NCBI GenBank assembly: GCA_913050115.1
Contig: CAJWZU010000001.1
Location: 17,527 to 81,526, forward strand
Length of the DNA: 64,000 nucleotides
Source: an uncultured Cellvibrionales bacterium
GTDB lineage: Bacteria > Pseudomonadota > Gammaproteobacteria > Pseudomonadales > Cellvibrionaceae
Reading direction: 5' to 3'
This document shows, piece after piece, positions 32,107 through 42,321 of this stretch. How positions within the stretch are numbered: the first letter of the stretch is position 1; the number at the start of each line of letters is the position of its first letter. A program made the translations under genes and the position numbers. Under the pieces are notes generated by a model. It searched no databases and was not told where the DNA came from. It saw nothing but the letters and a program-made list of their open reading frames with translations.

Positions 32107-32691
32107 TTATTGCTTGTGAGCAGCGGTGGGGAAGGGTTGCAACATTTTACCGATAGCCTGACGCAGGGTTCTGGTGCGATGCTCAGCACTGTCGCCATCA
32201 TCGATCATTTTACTGGCAATAGTTTCCCACCAAATAATCGGTTTGCTAGGAGCAAACGCGGTTAATGCCAAGTAACCGCGCTCATAAAATTCATTGGTCG
32301 CTTGAATATTATTCCAGTTATTAAATTCAATACGACCCATCGCTGCCCCTGACTGGGAAGGTATACGGGTATTGCGATACTGCTCGGCAGTCGCTTCACC
32401 CGGTACCACGGTAATACGATAATCCATAATAAAGTCTGCGTTTTCGCTGACGTACTTATACCCTTTTAACGACAAGATCGACGCTACTGCAGTGCGCACA
32501 CTACTATCAAAATGAGCGCCGTCACCGCCGGTTGAACTAGTGTCATGCACGGGCTCGCTTTTCCACGAATAAGTCGCTGTTTGCTGTAATTCGTTTGACG
32601 CCGCTACTCGCTCATTCATTTTTAAGCCAGAGCACGCCGTCAAAAATACCGATATTACCACTGTCGCTGCAGTTAAAAAGGAGGTGCGCAT
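32107..32691 (-). CDS. Lipoprotein, DUF4136-like
   Basis: Lipobox VFLTACSG. Size and layout are similar to the neighbouring gene, suggesting a paralogue. Confidence 0.55.
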   Translation of the reverse strand: MRTSFLTAATVVISVFLTACSGLKMNERVAASNELQQTATYSWKSEPVHDTSSTGGDGAHFDSSVRTAVASILSLKGYKYVSENADFIMDYRITVVPGEATAEQYRNTRIPSQSGAAMGRIEFNNWNNIQATNEFYERGYLALTAFAPSKPIIWWETIASKMIDDGDSAEHRTRTLRQAIGKMLQPFPTAAHKQ

Positions 32692-32957
32692 AATCCAAAC
32701 CTTGTTTCAAATTCCATATGACGACGACACCATGTCGACTCATTTGTTGTTGATATCGCTAATCATAAAACAAAAGCCCCCGACACGCGAAGCTAACAAT
32801 ACAATTGTTCTCACTTGGCCTTTTTAGGTTTATCAATTCAAGTCGATTAGCAAAAGTTAACGTTTTTTAACCTCGCCCCAAATAACACAAATTGCTACAC
32901 TTGATTAAATATAATTAAGCCATCAAAAAACTGTTTTTATACCAACAAGGGAATGCC

Positions 32958-34373
32958 ATGAAGTCATACCTAAAGCCCAAGCGCCTATGTTTACTGCTGG
33001 CAACTTTAATGGCCTTTAGTGCCGTCAGCCAAGCCGACAACCTAATGGATATTTACCAGCTAGCACTGGAAAATGACAATCAACTAAAAGCCGACAGAGC
33101 GTCTTATGAGGCGGGCATGGAATCTATTACCATTGGCCGCGCCGGCTTATTACCACAAGTTAATGTCGACTTAGGTTGGGACAAGAGCGATAGCGACAAG
33201 AGTAATAATCTCAACTCCGGTATTTGGCTTAACCAGAATGATGTCGATCAAGAGCAAACCTCTTGGGGGGTCAGCCTAAGCCAACCATTATTTGATATGC
33301 GTGCTTGGCATGCCTACCAGCAGGGGTCTGTGTTAAGTGAATTATCCACCGCGCAATTTAGCGCCGACCAACAATCATTGATCATACGCGTTGCAGACTC
33401 TTACTTTAATGTGCTGCGCCGAGTTGATGATCTCGAGACAGCGCTGGCCGAAGAAAAGGCTCTGTCGCATCAGTGGCAGCAAACCAAGCAGCGCTTTGAA
33501 GTCGGGCTTACCGCCGTCACCGATGTACACGAAGCTCGAGCCGCCTACGACAGCGCTACTGCCAATTCACTTGAAACCAAAGGTATGCTCGGTATTTCTT
33601 ACGAGCAGCTAGAAGTGATTACCGGTACCGCCCATGACAAGATCGCGCCTTTAAAAGGCAGCTTCCCAGTTACCGATCCGGTCCCCGCCGAGCGTCACAA
33701 GTGGGTAGAGTTTGCATTGGACAACAATTACAGTTTAAAAGTGGCCCAACTGCAGTCGCAGGCCAGTCATCAAAATGCCAAAGCCAAAAAAGCCGGCCAC
33801 TACCCAACACTGTCGGCCAACGCCAGCTACCGTGAGAGCACAGAGAACGGACGCACACAATCCGACCTGAATGGCTTCTATAGATCAAGCAGCCCATTTG
33901 ATACTGATACTGAAGGTGAGTTTTACAGTTTGAGCCTTAATGTACCGATTTTCTCTGGCATGCGCGTCAGCGGTGAGCGCCGTCAAGCCCAGGGACAGTA
34001 TCTGCAAGCGCAGGAGCTCTCTTACCTAGCGCAGCGAAACACTATTCAACAAGCGCGTTCTCGGCACCTAGGTGTGGTCACTAACGTAGCTCGCGTCAAC
34101 GCTCGTCAGCAGGCTATTGTATCGAGTAACAGCGCCATGGAAGCAACTCAAGCAGGCTACGAAGTGGGGACTCGTAATTTGGTCGACGTTCTCAATGTGC
34201 AGCGCAATCTCTATCAAGCCAAACGCAACTACTCCGAGGCACTGTATGACTATGTCATCGGCCAGCTGAAACTAAAACAAGTGGCCGGTAACTTAACCCC
34301 GGCTGACGTGAAGCTGTTAAGCCAGTCTTTGGATAATGCCGCAGTGGTAAGCCGTGCAGCTTATGGCGCCTAG
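32958..34373 (+). CDS. tolC: Outer membrane channel TolC
   Basis: 471 aa with a signal peptide. The mature N-terminus DNLMDIYQLALENDNQLKA and the internal duplication are typical of TolC. Confidence 0.9.
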   Translation: MKSYLKPKRLCLLLATLMAFSAVSQADNLMDIYQLALENDNQLKADRASYEAGMESITIGRAGLLPQVNVDLGWDKSDSDKSNNLNSGIWLNQNDVDQEQTSWGVSLSQPLFDMRAWHAYQQGSVLSELSTAQFSADQQSLIIRVADSYFNVLRRVDDLETALAEEKALSHQWQQTKQRFEVGLTAVTDVHEARAAYDSATANSLETKGMLGISYEQLEVITGTAHDKIAPLKGSFPVTDPVPAERHKWVEFALDNNYSLKVAQLQSQASHQNAKAKKAGHYPTLSANASYRESTENGRTQSDLNGFYRSSSPFDTDTEGEFYSLSLNVPIFSGMRVSGERRQAQGQYLQAQELSYLAQRNTIQQARSRHLGVVTNVARVNARQQAIVSSNSAMEATQAGYEVGTRNLVDVLNVQRNLYQAKRNYSEALYDYVIGQLKLKQVAGNLTPADVKLLSQSLDNAAVVSRAAYGA

Positions 34374-34402
34374 CTTTTTGTAGGTACGCTGCAACTACTA
34401 AG

Positions 34403-34432
34403 GGGGCTTGATCGTAGGATCAGGCCCCTTTA
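34403..34432 (+). terminator. Terminator hairpin after tolC
   Basis: ggggcttgatc-gtag-gatcaggcccc forms 11 bp with one G-U pair, followed by ttta. Confidence 0.6.
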
Positions 34433-34945
34433 GTAATTGTTACTAATCATTTGTCGCAACGCTGTCATCCACGGCGCTTATTTTCGAGGCCAGTGTAAGC
34501 ATCAACCTCGCCGCACAAATAGCCTCGTCAAGAATACTTTCACTACTGAGTGAATTGCTCGACACCTTGGCTGCAATAACAAGGTTGCTCTGACGATGCT
34601 GGCATCCTGTGGATACCCAGCCTAGGTTGTTAAACTTTTTTAATATCAGTATTCATTTCGCATAAAAGCTTAACGTCGCATTATTTATTCAAAGATCAGC
34701 CATTTTGGTTAAAAATTGCATGATAGTTTGCACTTGTCGCATATGATGATCTTTGATGTTCTCAATGAGTCCGGTAGCCCCACGTAACTACAATGGCGAG
34801 CTGCTTAATGGCGACTGGCTGTGCCTGCCAGCGGATATCAATCAACCCATGCTTGAATCACTGCGCGCGCATAGGGAGGTCCAAACACTAAATGAAAGAG
34901 GCACAACACAGTGAACTGTGTTTTGATCAAATACGTGGCTAAAAA

Positions 34946-36334
34946 TTAATCTATTGCCCCCAAAGCGTCGGTCAAACTTTTCACTGCGATAATTTCCAGC
35001 CCAGGAATCTTGCCTGATGGTGCATTCGCAGCAGGTACAATAGCGCGTTTAAAACCGTGCTTAGCGGCTTCGCGCAGGCGCTCTTGACCGCTGGGCACCG
35101 GCCGAATCTCACCGGACAAACCCACTTCGCCAAACACCATCAAATCATGTGACAGGGGCCGATTGCGAAAGCTGGACACTATCGCTAACAAGGTTGCGAG
35201 GTCGGCACTAGTTTCCATAACTTTGACACCGCCCACTACATTCACATACACGTCTTGATCGCCCACCATAATGCCGCCGTGACGGTGCAATACCGCCAAC
35301 AGCATCGACAGACGATTGCCCTCTAAGCCAACCGCAATACGGCGTGGATTACCAAGATGACTATCGTCAACCAACGCCTGAATTTCTACCAGCAGTGGCC
35401 GGGTACCCTCCCACACCACCATGACTACCGAACCCGATGACACGGCGTCGCCGCGCTGTAGAAAAATGGCCGAGGGGTTAGAAACTTCTTTCAGCCCCTG
35501 CCCAGTCATGGCGAACACACCCAGCTCATTGACTGCGCCAAAGCGATTCTTACTGCAGCGCAGGGTGCGAAAACGCGAGTCGTTGTCGCCTTCCAGTAGC
35601 GTCGAGCAGTCAATCATATGCTCCAATACTTTAGGGCCGGCGAGTGAGCCGTCTTTGGTCACATGGCCAACCAGTATCAATATAGTATTAGTCTGCTTGG
35701 CAAAACGGGTTAAATAAGCGGCACTCTCTCGCACCTGCGACACAGAACCCGGGGCCGAGGCCACGTCGGCCATATGTACAACCTGAATAGAATCGACCAC
35801 CAGCACTTTTGGCTTTAGCTGTTGGGCGGTGGCGCATATGCTCTCGACACTGGTCTCACTAAGCATTTTCAGTTTATCGGTCGGTAAGCCTAGCCGCTGA
35901 GCACGCATAGCCACCTGCTGCAGCGACTCCTCGCCGGTAATATAGAGTGCCTCCATCTGGGTTGATAAATAACACAGCGTTTGCAACAGTAGAGTACTTT
36001 TACCCGCGCCGGGACTGCCACCAATTAATACCACCGAGCCCGGTACAAAGCCGCCACCCAGCACACGATCAAGCTCGACAGTACCACTGCTGATACGCGG
36101 TAAATCATCGAGATTAATCTCAGACAAAGTCTGCAGCTGCCCGGCTTGAGCGCCACCGGCATAACCTGAGAGTTTCTCACTAAATTGCGCTTGATTGCGC
36201 GCCTGCACAGGGGAGGCCGCTAACTTGACCTCCGCTAAGCTATTCCAGCCACCGCAGTCACTGCACTGTCCCTGCCATTTGGGATAATCGGAGCCGCAAT
36301 CGTTGCATACGTAAGCAGTTTTGGCCTTGGCCAT
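34946..36334 (-). CDS. radA: DNA repair protein RadA
   Basis: Start at ATG 36334 (MAKAKTAYVCNDCG). Zinc finger CNDCG..CSDCG, Walker A GGSPGAGKST, KNRFG, and a Lon-like C-terminal domain. The track's 28-codon TTG extension is rejected. Confidence 0.95.
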   Translation of the reverse strand: MAKAKTAYVCNDCGSDYPKWQGQCSDCGGWNSLAEVKLAASPVQARNQAQFSEKLSGYAGGAQAGQLQTLSEINLDDLPRISSGTVELDRVLGGGFVPGSVVLIGGSPGAGKSTLLLQTLCYLSTQMEALYITGEESLQQVAMRAQRLGLPTDKLKMLSETSVESICATAQQLKPKVLVVDSIQVVHMADVASAPGSVSQVRESAAYLTRFAKQTNTILILVGHVTKDGSLAGPKVLEHMIDCSTLLEGDNDSRFRTLRCSKNRFGAVNELGVFAMTGQGLKEVSNPSAIFLQRGDAVSSGSVVMVVWEGTRPLLVEIQALVDDSHLGNPRRIAVGLEGNRLSMLLAVLHRHGGIMVGDQDVYVNVVGGVKVMETSADLATLLAIVSSFRNRPLSHDLMVFGEVGLSGEIRPVPSGQERLREAAKHGFKRAIVPAANAPSGKIPGLEIIAVKSLTDALGAID

Positions 36335-36455
36335 GAGGAATCCTATTTTAATTTTATATAACTGTACAAGCATACATGCATTAATTCCAGCGACATCGAC
36401 TCTGATAGCCACAGGCAACTATCCACCCCCCATTAAAAGCTCTACAATTCCAACT

Positions 36456-37643
36456 ATGAATAACCACTGCCCCCCACCGTCATCGCTGGTTGCCGAAACG
36501 CCACTGCAAATCTCTCCTGCCCTAGCCACCACACTTGGGCTAGAAGAGGCCACGATGCTGGCGGTGTTCGGCAACCTGCTGCACTACGGCGAGCCTATCG
36601 CCCACAATGGTTTGCAATGGCTAGAAGTTAAAGAGCAGACCATTGAACGCACCATGCCCTTCTGGAACGACCTAGATGTGCAGCGAATTTGTAAAAGCTT
36701 GTCTGATAAGGGCGTGATTATTCTCGGCTCTGCGCCCTACGCAAGTTGCCGCGTTATTCAATTCGCCCTCAACGAGCAAGCGGCACAGCCACTGACCGCG
36801 CCCGAGCAAAAACTGGCCACGCCAAAAAGCCGCGCCCACAATCAGGTCGCTCAAGGCGCCAATCGTATTTCGCCGCAGTGGCAGCCCAGCGACGATGTGA
36901 TGCGCCGTATTGCTCAACACAATATTCCCGAACAGTATGTGCGTGATCGAATAGCCGAATTTGTCACCTACTGGAGCGAGCGCGCCGAGGCCCATCACTC
37001 GTGGGGTTCCAAATTTATCAAACAGGTATTACACCACTGGCAAGAGCACCAAACTCAGCAGTCGCGCCAACAGCGAGTTAGTCGCGAGCGCGAGCAGGAG
37101 CGCTTTATTCAAGCTGATACCGAAGGTCCCATTGCCGCGGGCTGGCGTCCGAGCCCGGATGCATTGGAAATACTGCTCAAACACGCAGCCATAGAGGCTC
37201 ACTTTGTTGAAGAGGCCATCCCAGAGTTTATTATCTATTGGCAAGAAAAAGGCGTAATCACCAACACTTGGAACAGCAAATTTATCCAGCATGTACGCCG
37301 CCAGTGGGCACGCTATAGCAGCACTGTAGAGCACAACAGTGAAGCCAAATTGCTGGCTGAAAACTGGCGGCCGAGTGAAGATGCTATCGATGTGCTGCGA
37401 CTGGCCAATATCGATTTGGATTTTGCCCGCCAACAACAGCCCGACTTCGTGCTCTACTGGCGCGATCGCAAAGAAATCCACAACGCCTGGAACAGTAAAT
37501 TTGTGCAGCACTGTAAATATCACTGGGCCAGACGTCATCAGATGGCGACACAGAGTGCAGCAACCCCCGGCACAAACCCAAGCGGCAACACCCGCGAACG
37601 CAGTTTGAACGACGATTTAACCGATCGCAGTTGGGCAACATAA
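36456..37643 (+). CDS. Protein with three DnaT-like (ssDNA-binding, primosomal) repeats
   Basis: Start at ATG 36456. Three repeats of about 60 aa occupy roughly nt 36867-37046, 37134-37316 and 37356-37535. Each has W(Q/R)PS.D......I......(E/D)F..YW.......H..W.SKF.QH, resembling the E. coli DnaT C-terminal block DWQP...FIAYWQAEG...QWQQKL. Confidence 0.7.
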   Translation: MNNHCPPPSSLVAETPLQISPALATTLGLEEATMLAVFGNLLHYGEPIAHNGLQWLEVKEQTIERTMPFWNDLDVQRICKSLSDKGVIILGSAPYASCRVIQFALNEQAAQPLTAPEQKLATPKSRAHNQVAQGANRISPQWQPSDDVMRRIAQHNIPEQYVRDRIAEFVTYWSERAEAHHSWGSKFIKQVLHHWQEHQTQQSRQQRVSREREQERFIQADTEGPIAAGWRPSPDALEILLKHAAIEAHFVEEAIPEFIIYWQEKGVITNTWNSKFIQHVRRQWARYSSTVEHNSEAKLLAENWRPSEDAIDVLRLANIDLDFARQQQPDFVLYWRDRKEIHNAWNSKFVQHCKYHWARRHQMATQSAATPGTNPSGNTRERSLNDDLTDRSWAT

Positions 37644-37860
37644 GGTCAAGCCCAAAAGCACATATAAAGAATATTTACCGCAGAGGGTAGGTGGTAAGGT
37701 CGCGGAAAGGCTGACAACAGAAAGCATCAGTCAATACTCATGTTATATTTAACCACATAGATTAAATCTTTCTGGCACTTGAGCATTGAAGAACACCCTC
37801 AGACCTTTTTTGTGGTCATATCCACCGATATTTTTACAGTATTTAAACCGGACAGCAGCA

Positions 37861-38541
37861 ATGCAAGACAGTAAAGACTTAATCAATCAAGTTGCAGGCC
37901 AATTAAAAAAGCAGGCGTCTAATCACGTGGCGTCAGCAGCACCCGGCCGCTCACAGCAGGGTAATCGTACACCGCCCAGCGACACAAAGATTGATGCCAT
38001 CAATCAAATCTTTACCCTGTTTCGTGTTAATTACCACAACCAGTATTACAAGGCCTTCAGCGACACTGAAACCCTCATAACCGCCAAACGTCTGTGGATG
38101 GAGTCTCTCGGCTATTTTGATACCGAAGCATTACTGCGCGGCGCCAAGCGTGCTATCGAGACCAGTGAATACCTGCCGACCTTAAAGAAGATGATCGACT
38201 GCTGTCAGGGCGACCTCAATCATCATGGCCTGCCCAGCGCCCACAACGCCTACATAGAAGCCTGCCGCGCACCCAGTCCTAAGAGTAGTTACAACTGGTC
38301 GCACTCGGCGGTTTACCATGCTGGCAAAATCAGCGACTGGCACTTTATCGGTAACAATATCCAGCGTATCGCCTTTCCAATTTTTGAGCGCAATTACCAA
38401 CAGTTGTGCGAGCGTATTATTAACGGTGAAAAACTGCCCCCGCCTGAAGTTAAAGCGCTGCCAGAAACTATTGAAACGCCACTCAGCGGTAAAGAAAATC
38501 ACCAGCGCATGGCCGAGCTGCGTAAAAGTATGGGGTTGTGA
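37861..38541 (+). CDS. Replication protein P-like protein (lambda P family)
   Basis: Start at ATG 37861. It is co-linear by eye with lambda P: INQIF..., RLWMESL, YLPTLKKMIDCC, GLPSAHNAY..AC, and the INGEKLPPPEVKALP tail. Confidence 0.65.
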   Translation: MQDSKDLINQVAGQLKKQASNHVASAAPGRSQQGNRTPPSDTKIDAINQIFTLFRVNYHNQYYKAFSDTETLITAKRLWMESLGYFDTEALLRGAKRAIETSEYLPTLKKMIDCCQGDLNHHGLPSAHNAYIEACRAPSPKSSYNWSHSAVYHAGKISDWHFIGNNIQRIAFPIFERNYQQLCERIINGEKLPPPEVKALPETIETPLSGKENHQRMAELRKSMGL

Positions 38542-38563
38542 TTGAGCAGGTAAAGGACGGACA

Positions 38564-38935
38564 ATGAACCAACACCACAGTCTTAACTATATAGAAATCG
38601 CCTGCCGTGATCTTGCTGCCAGCAAACTGTTTTTCTGCGCAGTGTTTAACTGGGCATTTATCGACTACCTCGATCCAGAATCAGGCGCAGTAAACTACAG
38701 CACTTTTAGCCTCGACAATATCAATGGGGGGTTTTTTTCAGCGGACAAAGTCGCCAGCCAAAATAATGACGGCACATTAATAGTTTTTTATAGCCAAAAC
38801 CTGAACCTAACCGAAACCGAAATAAAGAGTGCCGGCGGTGTTATTAGTAAACCCGTATTCAATTTTCCTGGTGGGCGCCGCTTTCATTTTAGTGACCCCA
38901 GCGGCAATGAATTTGCAGTATGGTCCGATCAATAA
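38564..38935 (+). CDS. VOC (glyoxalase/bleomycin-resistance fold) family protein
   Basis: 123 aa. N-terminal LNYIEIACRD and C-terminal GGRRFHFSDPSGNEFAVWS are typical of the fold. Confidence 0.7.
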   Translation: MNQHHSLNYIEIACRDLAASKLFFCAVFNWAFIDYLDPESGAVNYSTFSLDNINGGFFSADKVASQNNDGTLIVFYSQNLNLTETEIKSAGGVISKPVFNFPGGRRFHFSDPSGNEFAVWSDQ

Positions 38936-38983
38936 TGATCTTTTCAATTTAATAATCATCTAAAAATTACCATTGGGGTTCCC

Positions 38984-39820
38984 TTGCTCAGCTATCGTCA
39001 CGCCTTTCATGCCGGCAACTATGCCGATGTGCTCAAGCACTTAGTGCAGATTGAAATTCTGCAACATTTGTGTAAAAAAAATAAGCCCTTCGATTATATC
39101 GACACCCATGCCGGTGCCGGCGTCTACGGACTAAAGAGTAAACATGCACAGCAAACTGGGGAGTACAAAGACGGCTTCGCAAAACTTAGCCGAGCCGACT
39201 ATCCGGAGTTGGAAGATTACTTTAACTGCGTCAAGCACTTTAACAGTGGCGATGAGTTAGTGTATTACCCCGGTTCACCGATGATTGGCGAGCAGTTTTT
39301 ACGCCGCAAAGACGGCAGCTGGCTGTTCGAGTTACACCCGGCTGATTTAGAAAAACTTCAGGCAAACTTTACCGGCAAGCGTCATGTCCGCATTGCCCAA
39401 AGCGATGGCTTTAGCGGTTTGCTGACACTGCTGCCCCCGGCCAGTAAACGTGGATTAATACTGATTGATCCACCTTATGAGGTAAAAAAAGATTACGACA
39501 CCGTCGTCAAAACACTCATAGCCGCGCACAAGCGCTTCGCTACAGGAACCTATGCCCTCTGGTACCCAGTAGTAGAACGAGAGCGTATCGACATTTTAGA
39601 AAAAAAATTGCGTAACAGCGGTATAAGAAATATTCAATTATTTGAACTGGGTCGAGAGTCTGACAGCATCGAGCATGGAATGACTGCTGCCGGCATGATT
39701 GTTATTAACCCGCCATGGACCTTAAAACAAAAATTACAGAAACTATTGCCTAAACTGGCCGATACATTAGGTATTGATAGCGGAGGAAATTACCGCTGCG
39801 AAACCTTGACGGGTGAATAG
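38984..39820 (+). CDS. rlmJ: 23S rRNA (adenine2030-N6)-methyltransferase
   Basis: 278 aa with a TTG start. It has the hallmark N-terminus MLSYRHAFHAGNYADVLKH and the DPPYE motif. Confidence 0.9.
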   Translation: MLSYRHAFHAGNYADVLKHLVQIEILQHLCKKNKPFDYIDTHAGAGVYGLKSKHAQQTGEYKDGFAKLSRADYPELEDYFNCVKHFNSGDELVYYPGSPMIGEQFLRRKDGSWLFELHPADLEKLQANFTGKRHVRIAQSDGFSGLLTLLPPASKRGLILIDPPYEVKKDYDTVVKTLIAAHKRFATGTYALWYPVVERERIDILEKKLRNSGIRNIQLFELGRESDSIEHGMTAAGMIVINPPWTLKQKLQKLLPKLADTLGIDSGGNYRCETLTGE

Positions 39821-40422
39821 ACACCTGGGTTAGTCTATACCCTTGACTGTCATGAAAATAATGGCGGTAAGCTGTTTAACGCTATCAGCACTCTTGGTTT
39901 GGTAGTGTGCGAGAAGTTAGTTACCTTTGCTACCGCCACGAAAGGACCTGCGTAAAAACCTACAGAAATAATGATAATCAGCGGAGCCGTTTAATAACAC
40001 TAGATGATCACTTTACTTTATTCCTGTACGAACTACTGTCTAGTCATTTATACCGTTTAAGAGGATCATTGATTGCTGCGCAGGCGGATCAAACACTACT
40101 GGGTTACAAGCGAATTATTGCTAGTTGATGGCTGCTCTGAAGTTTCCTAGATCTAAAATTATTAACAGTATGGCGTCTATAAAAGCCAGTTATAACCCTA
40201 TTACCTGTAGTGTGGTAACAGAGTATAAAAAATAAACTTCTTAACTATTGGGCGTTACTGCGCACAAAAAATACGACTATAAAAAGACACGGATACTAAT
40301 TGTTTAATAGGCAACAATCAGCCCGATCAGTAAATTACTAATAATACTTTACATCGTAATAAGACAAACCTTAATTTTGTTTAATTTACAAATGAATATC
40401 AACACAAGTATTTAAAAGTATA

Positions 40423-40683
40423 TTACTTATTCGATCTATTTTTATACTGTGTTGGACAATACCCTCGGGTCACATCATCGCCACGCAGTTTTTTATGTTT
40501 AGTTGAGCGGCCGCTAACTCTTTCTCGCCACAACCTAAAACTTCTTGGTTTTAAACGGCTACGCATAAATTTCACCACATCAGACTCAATCATATTGAAC
40601 TGATGTTCTATGGCTTCAAATGGAGTTCGGTCTTCCCAAGCCATTTCTATAATTCTTGATTCTTCATCGATAAGAAATTGCAT
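40423..40683 (-). CDS. TIGR03643 / DUF2805 family small protein
   Basis: 86 aa with MAWEDRTPFEAIE..FMRS.LKP.SFRLWRERV as I recall for this family. It is usually linked to photolyase genes. Confidence 0.7.
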   Translation of the reverse strand: MQFLIDEESRIIEMAWEDRTPFEAIEHQFNMIESDVVKFMRSRLKPRSFRLWRERVSGRSTKHKKLRGDDVTRGYCPTQYKNRSNK

Positions 40684-40745
40684 AAAACCAACCTATAATT
40701 TATTAATCTAGACTTACAAAGATAGTAATTCAACTCAGACATTTC

Positions 40746-42296
40746 TTATAAATCATTTATATTATTCAGTAGATAAGTAGCACGGTCTCTAATTTCAACT
40801 TTCTTAGAGTCCTCCATCTTATCCCAGTTTCGCACCGGAAAACTCATGCGGTGGTTTGAGGATAACTTATCATAGTTAGTGTCAATGAAATTCCAATATA
40901 AGCTATTTAGTGGGCAAGCATTGTCACTGATCTTTTCTTTAACGTTATAGCGACAGCCTTTGCAATAGTCACTCATTTTATTAACGTAATTACCACTAGC
41001 AGCGTAAGGCTTTGTTGCAATCCAACCACCATCGGCGAAGAGTGCCATACCTCGTGTATTAGGCAGTTCAACCCATTCAATGGCATCGATATAAATACCT
41101 AAATACCATTGATCGACTTGCTCCGGAGAAATTCCAGCAAGCAGGGCAAAGTTGCCTGTAATCATTAATCTTTGAATATGATGAGCATAGGCATGCTCAA
41201 GTGATTGCGATATTGCACTTTTTAAACATTGCATGTTTGTTTCACCGCTCCAAAAGAAATCCGGCAAATCACGATGAGCGCCTAAAAAGTTTTGCTTGGT
41301 ATAGTTTGGCATATTAACCCAATACATACCTCGTACGTATTCTCGCCAACCAAGAATCTGTCTAACAAAGCCTTCAATTTGTGACAGTGTTATTTTTCCA
41401 TCTGACTTTTCATAGAATGAGATAGCAGTATTAATTACTTCCATCGGAGCAAGCATTTTACAATTTATTGAAAAGCTAAGACGGGAATGATATAAGCTCC
41501 AAGCATAGGGGGATGCTATGGTCATAGCATCCTGAAAGTTACCAAAATTTGGTAACTGATGCTCGCAAAAAAAATCCAATAAAAGCAGTGACTGCTGACG
41601 ATTAATTGGATATGCAATATTTATCGACTCATTACCTATGGTTTTAATATTATGCTTTTTTATACGCTGTAAAAAATCATCTGCTGGGTTGTCAAATATT
41701 AATGGTTTTGGAATGAGCTTGAGATCATTTTTTTTAAATGACTTTCTATTATTAGCGTCGAAATTCCAAGCATCACCTTCTGGTTTTTCACCGTTCATTA
41801 AAATAGAAAACCGTTTACGCATTGTGCGATAAAAATTCTCCATTCTTACGTGTGTACTTGGTTTAAAATAACTGTGCAGATCATCAAAAGGCAATAGAAA
41901 ATGTTCACTATCAACTTGATGAACTGTTATATCAAGGTTTTTTGATAAATCACACATTTGCTGCTTTAATCTATATTCATCAGGGCTCTGAAATGTGAAT
42001 GCTGCACATGAGTATTTTAAGATCAACGATTTTATTAATTCGGTAAGATCTTGAAAACCTTGAGTGTCATCTAATGTCAAATAACAGACACGATGCCCTT
42101 TAGATTCAAGCTGTTGCGCAAAATCGCTCATAGCAACAAAAAAGGCGGTGACTTTTTGAATGTGGTGTTTAGTGTAACTTGCCTCTTGATTGAGCTCAGC
42201 GATGAGATAAACAACATCAGGGTCGACATATTCGAACCAACTGTGCTTTGGATTAAGCTGGTCTCCTAATATAAGCTTTAAATGTTTTGCCTTCAT
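40746..42296 (-). CDS. Cryptochrome/photolyase family protein, FeS-BCP type (probable (6-4) photolyase, PhrB/CryB-like)
   Basis: 516 aa with the 'photolyase-related' architecture. The C-terminal cysteine set YCKGCRYNV...DNACP fits the 4Fe-4S ligands of this class. Confidence 0.75.
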   Translation of the reverse strand: MKAKHLKLILGDQLNPKHSWFEYVDPDVVYLIAELNQEASYTKHHIQKVTAFFVAMSDFAQQLESKGHRVCYLTLDDTQGFQDLTELIKSLILKYSCAAFTFQSPDEYRLKQQMCDLSKNLDITVHQVDSEHFLLPFDDLHSYFKPSTHVRMENFYRTMRKRFSILMNGEKPEGDAWNFDANNRKSFKKNDLKLIPKPLIFDNPADDFLQRIKKHNIKTIGNESINIAYPINRQQSLLLLDFFCEHQLPNFGNFQDAMTIASPYAWSLYHSRLSFSINCKMLAPMEVINTAISFYEKSDGKITLSQIEGFVRQILGWREYVRGMYWVNMPNYTKQNFLGAHRDLPDFFWSGETNMQCLKSAISQSLEHAYAHHIQRLMITGNFALLAGISPEQVDQWYLGIYIDAIEWVELPNTRGMALFADGGWIATKPYAASGNYVNKMSDYCKGCRYNVKEKISDNACPLNSLYWNFIDTNYDKLSSNHRMSFPVRNWDKMEDSKKVEIRDRATYLLNNINDL

Positions 42297-42321
42297 GTAT
42301 CTACCTTATTATGGAGATTTT

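Noticed and set aside
34765-34914. 49-codon ORF (MSPVAPRNYNGELLNGDWLCLPADINQPMLESLRAH...) between tolC and radA, followed by a small cacag/ctgtg hairpin and TTTT
   Set aside because: No SD and no family recognised, so the evidence is too weak to call a gene. It could be checked by conservation.
36321-36455. N-terminal extensions of the DnaT-like ORF (TTG at 36321) and of radA (TTG at 36418) that overlap each other on opposite strands
   Set aside because: Both extensions are low-complexity or hydrophobic junk in the shared promoter region. The internal ATGs at 36456 and 36334 give canonical N-termini; for RadA this is MAKAKTAYVCNDCG.
36456-38541. Interpreting the DnaT-like / lambda-P-like pair as part of a prophage
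   Set aside because: There are no integrase, capsid, lysis or repressor genes, no att-like repeats and no compositional shift. The flanks are core genes (radA, rlmJ).
39907-40128. 73-aa ORF at the left island border
   Set aside because: It has a GTG start without an SD, no recognisable motif and a composition typical of random AT-rich sequence. I treat the 600-bp border as non-coding.
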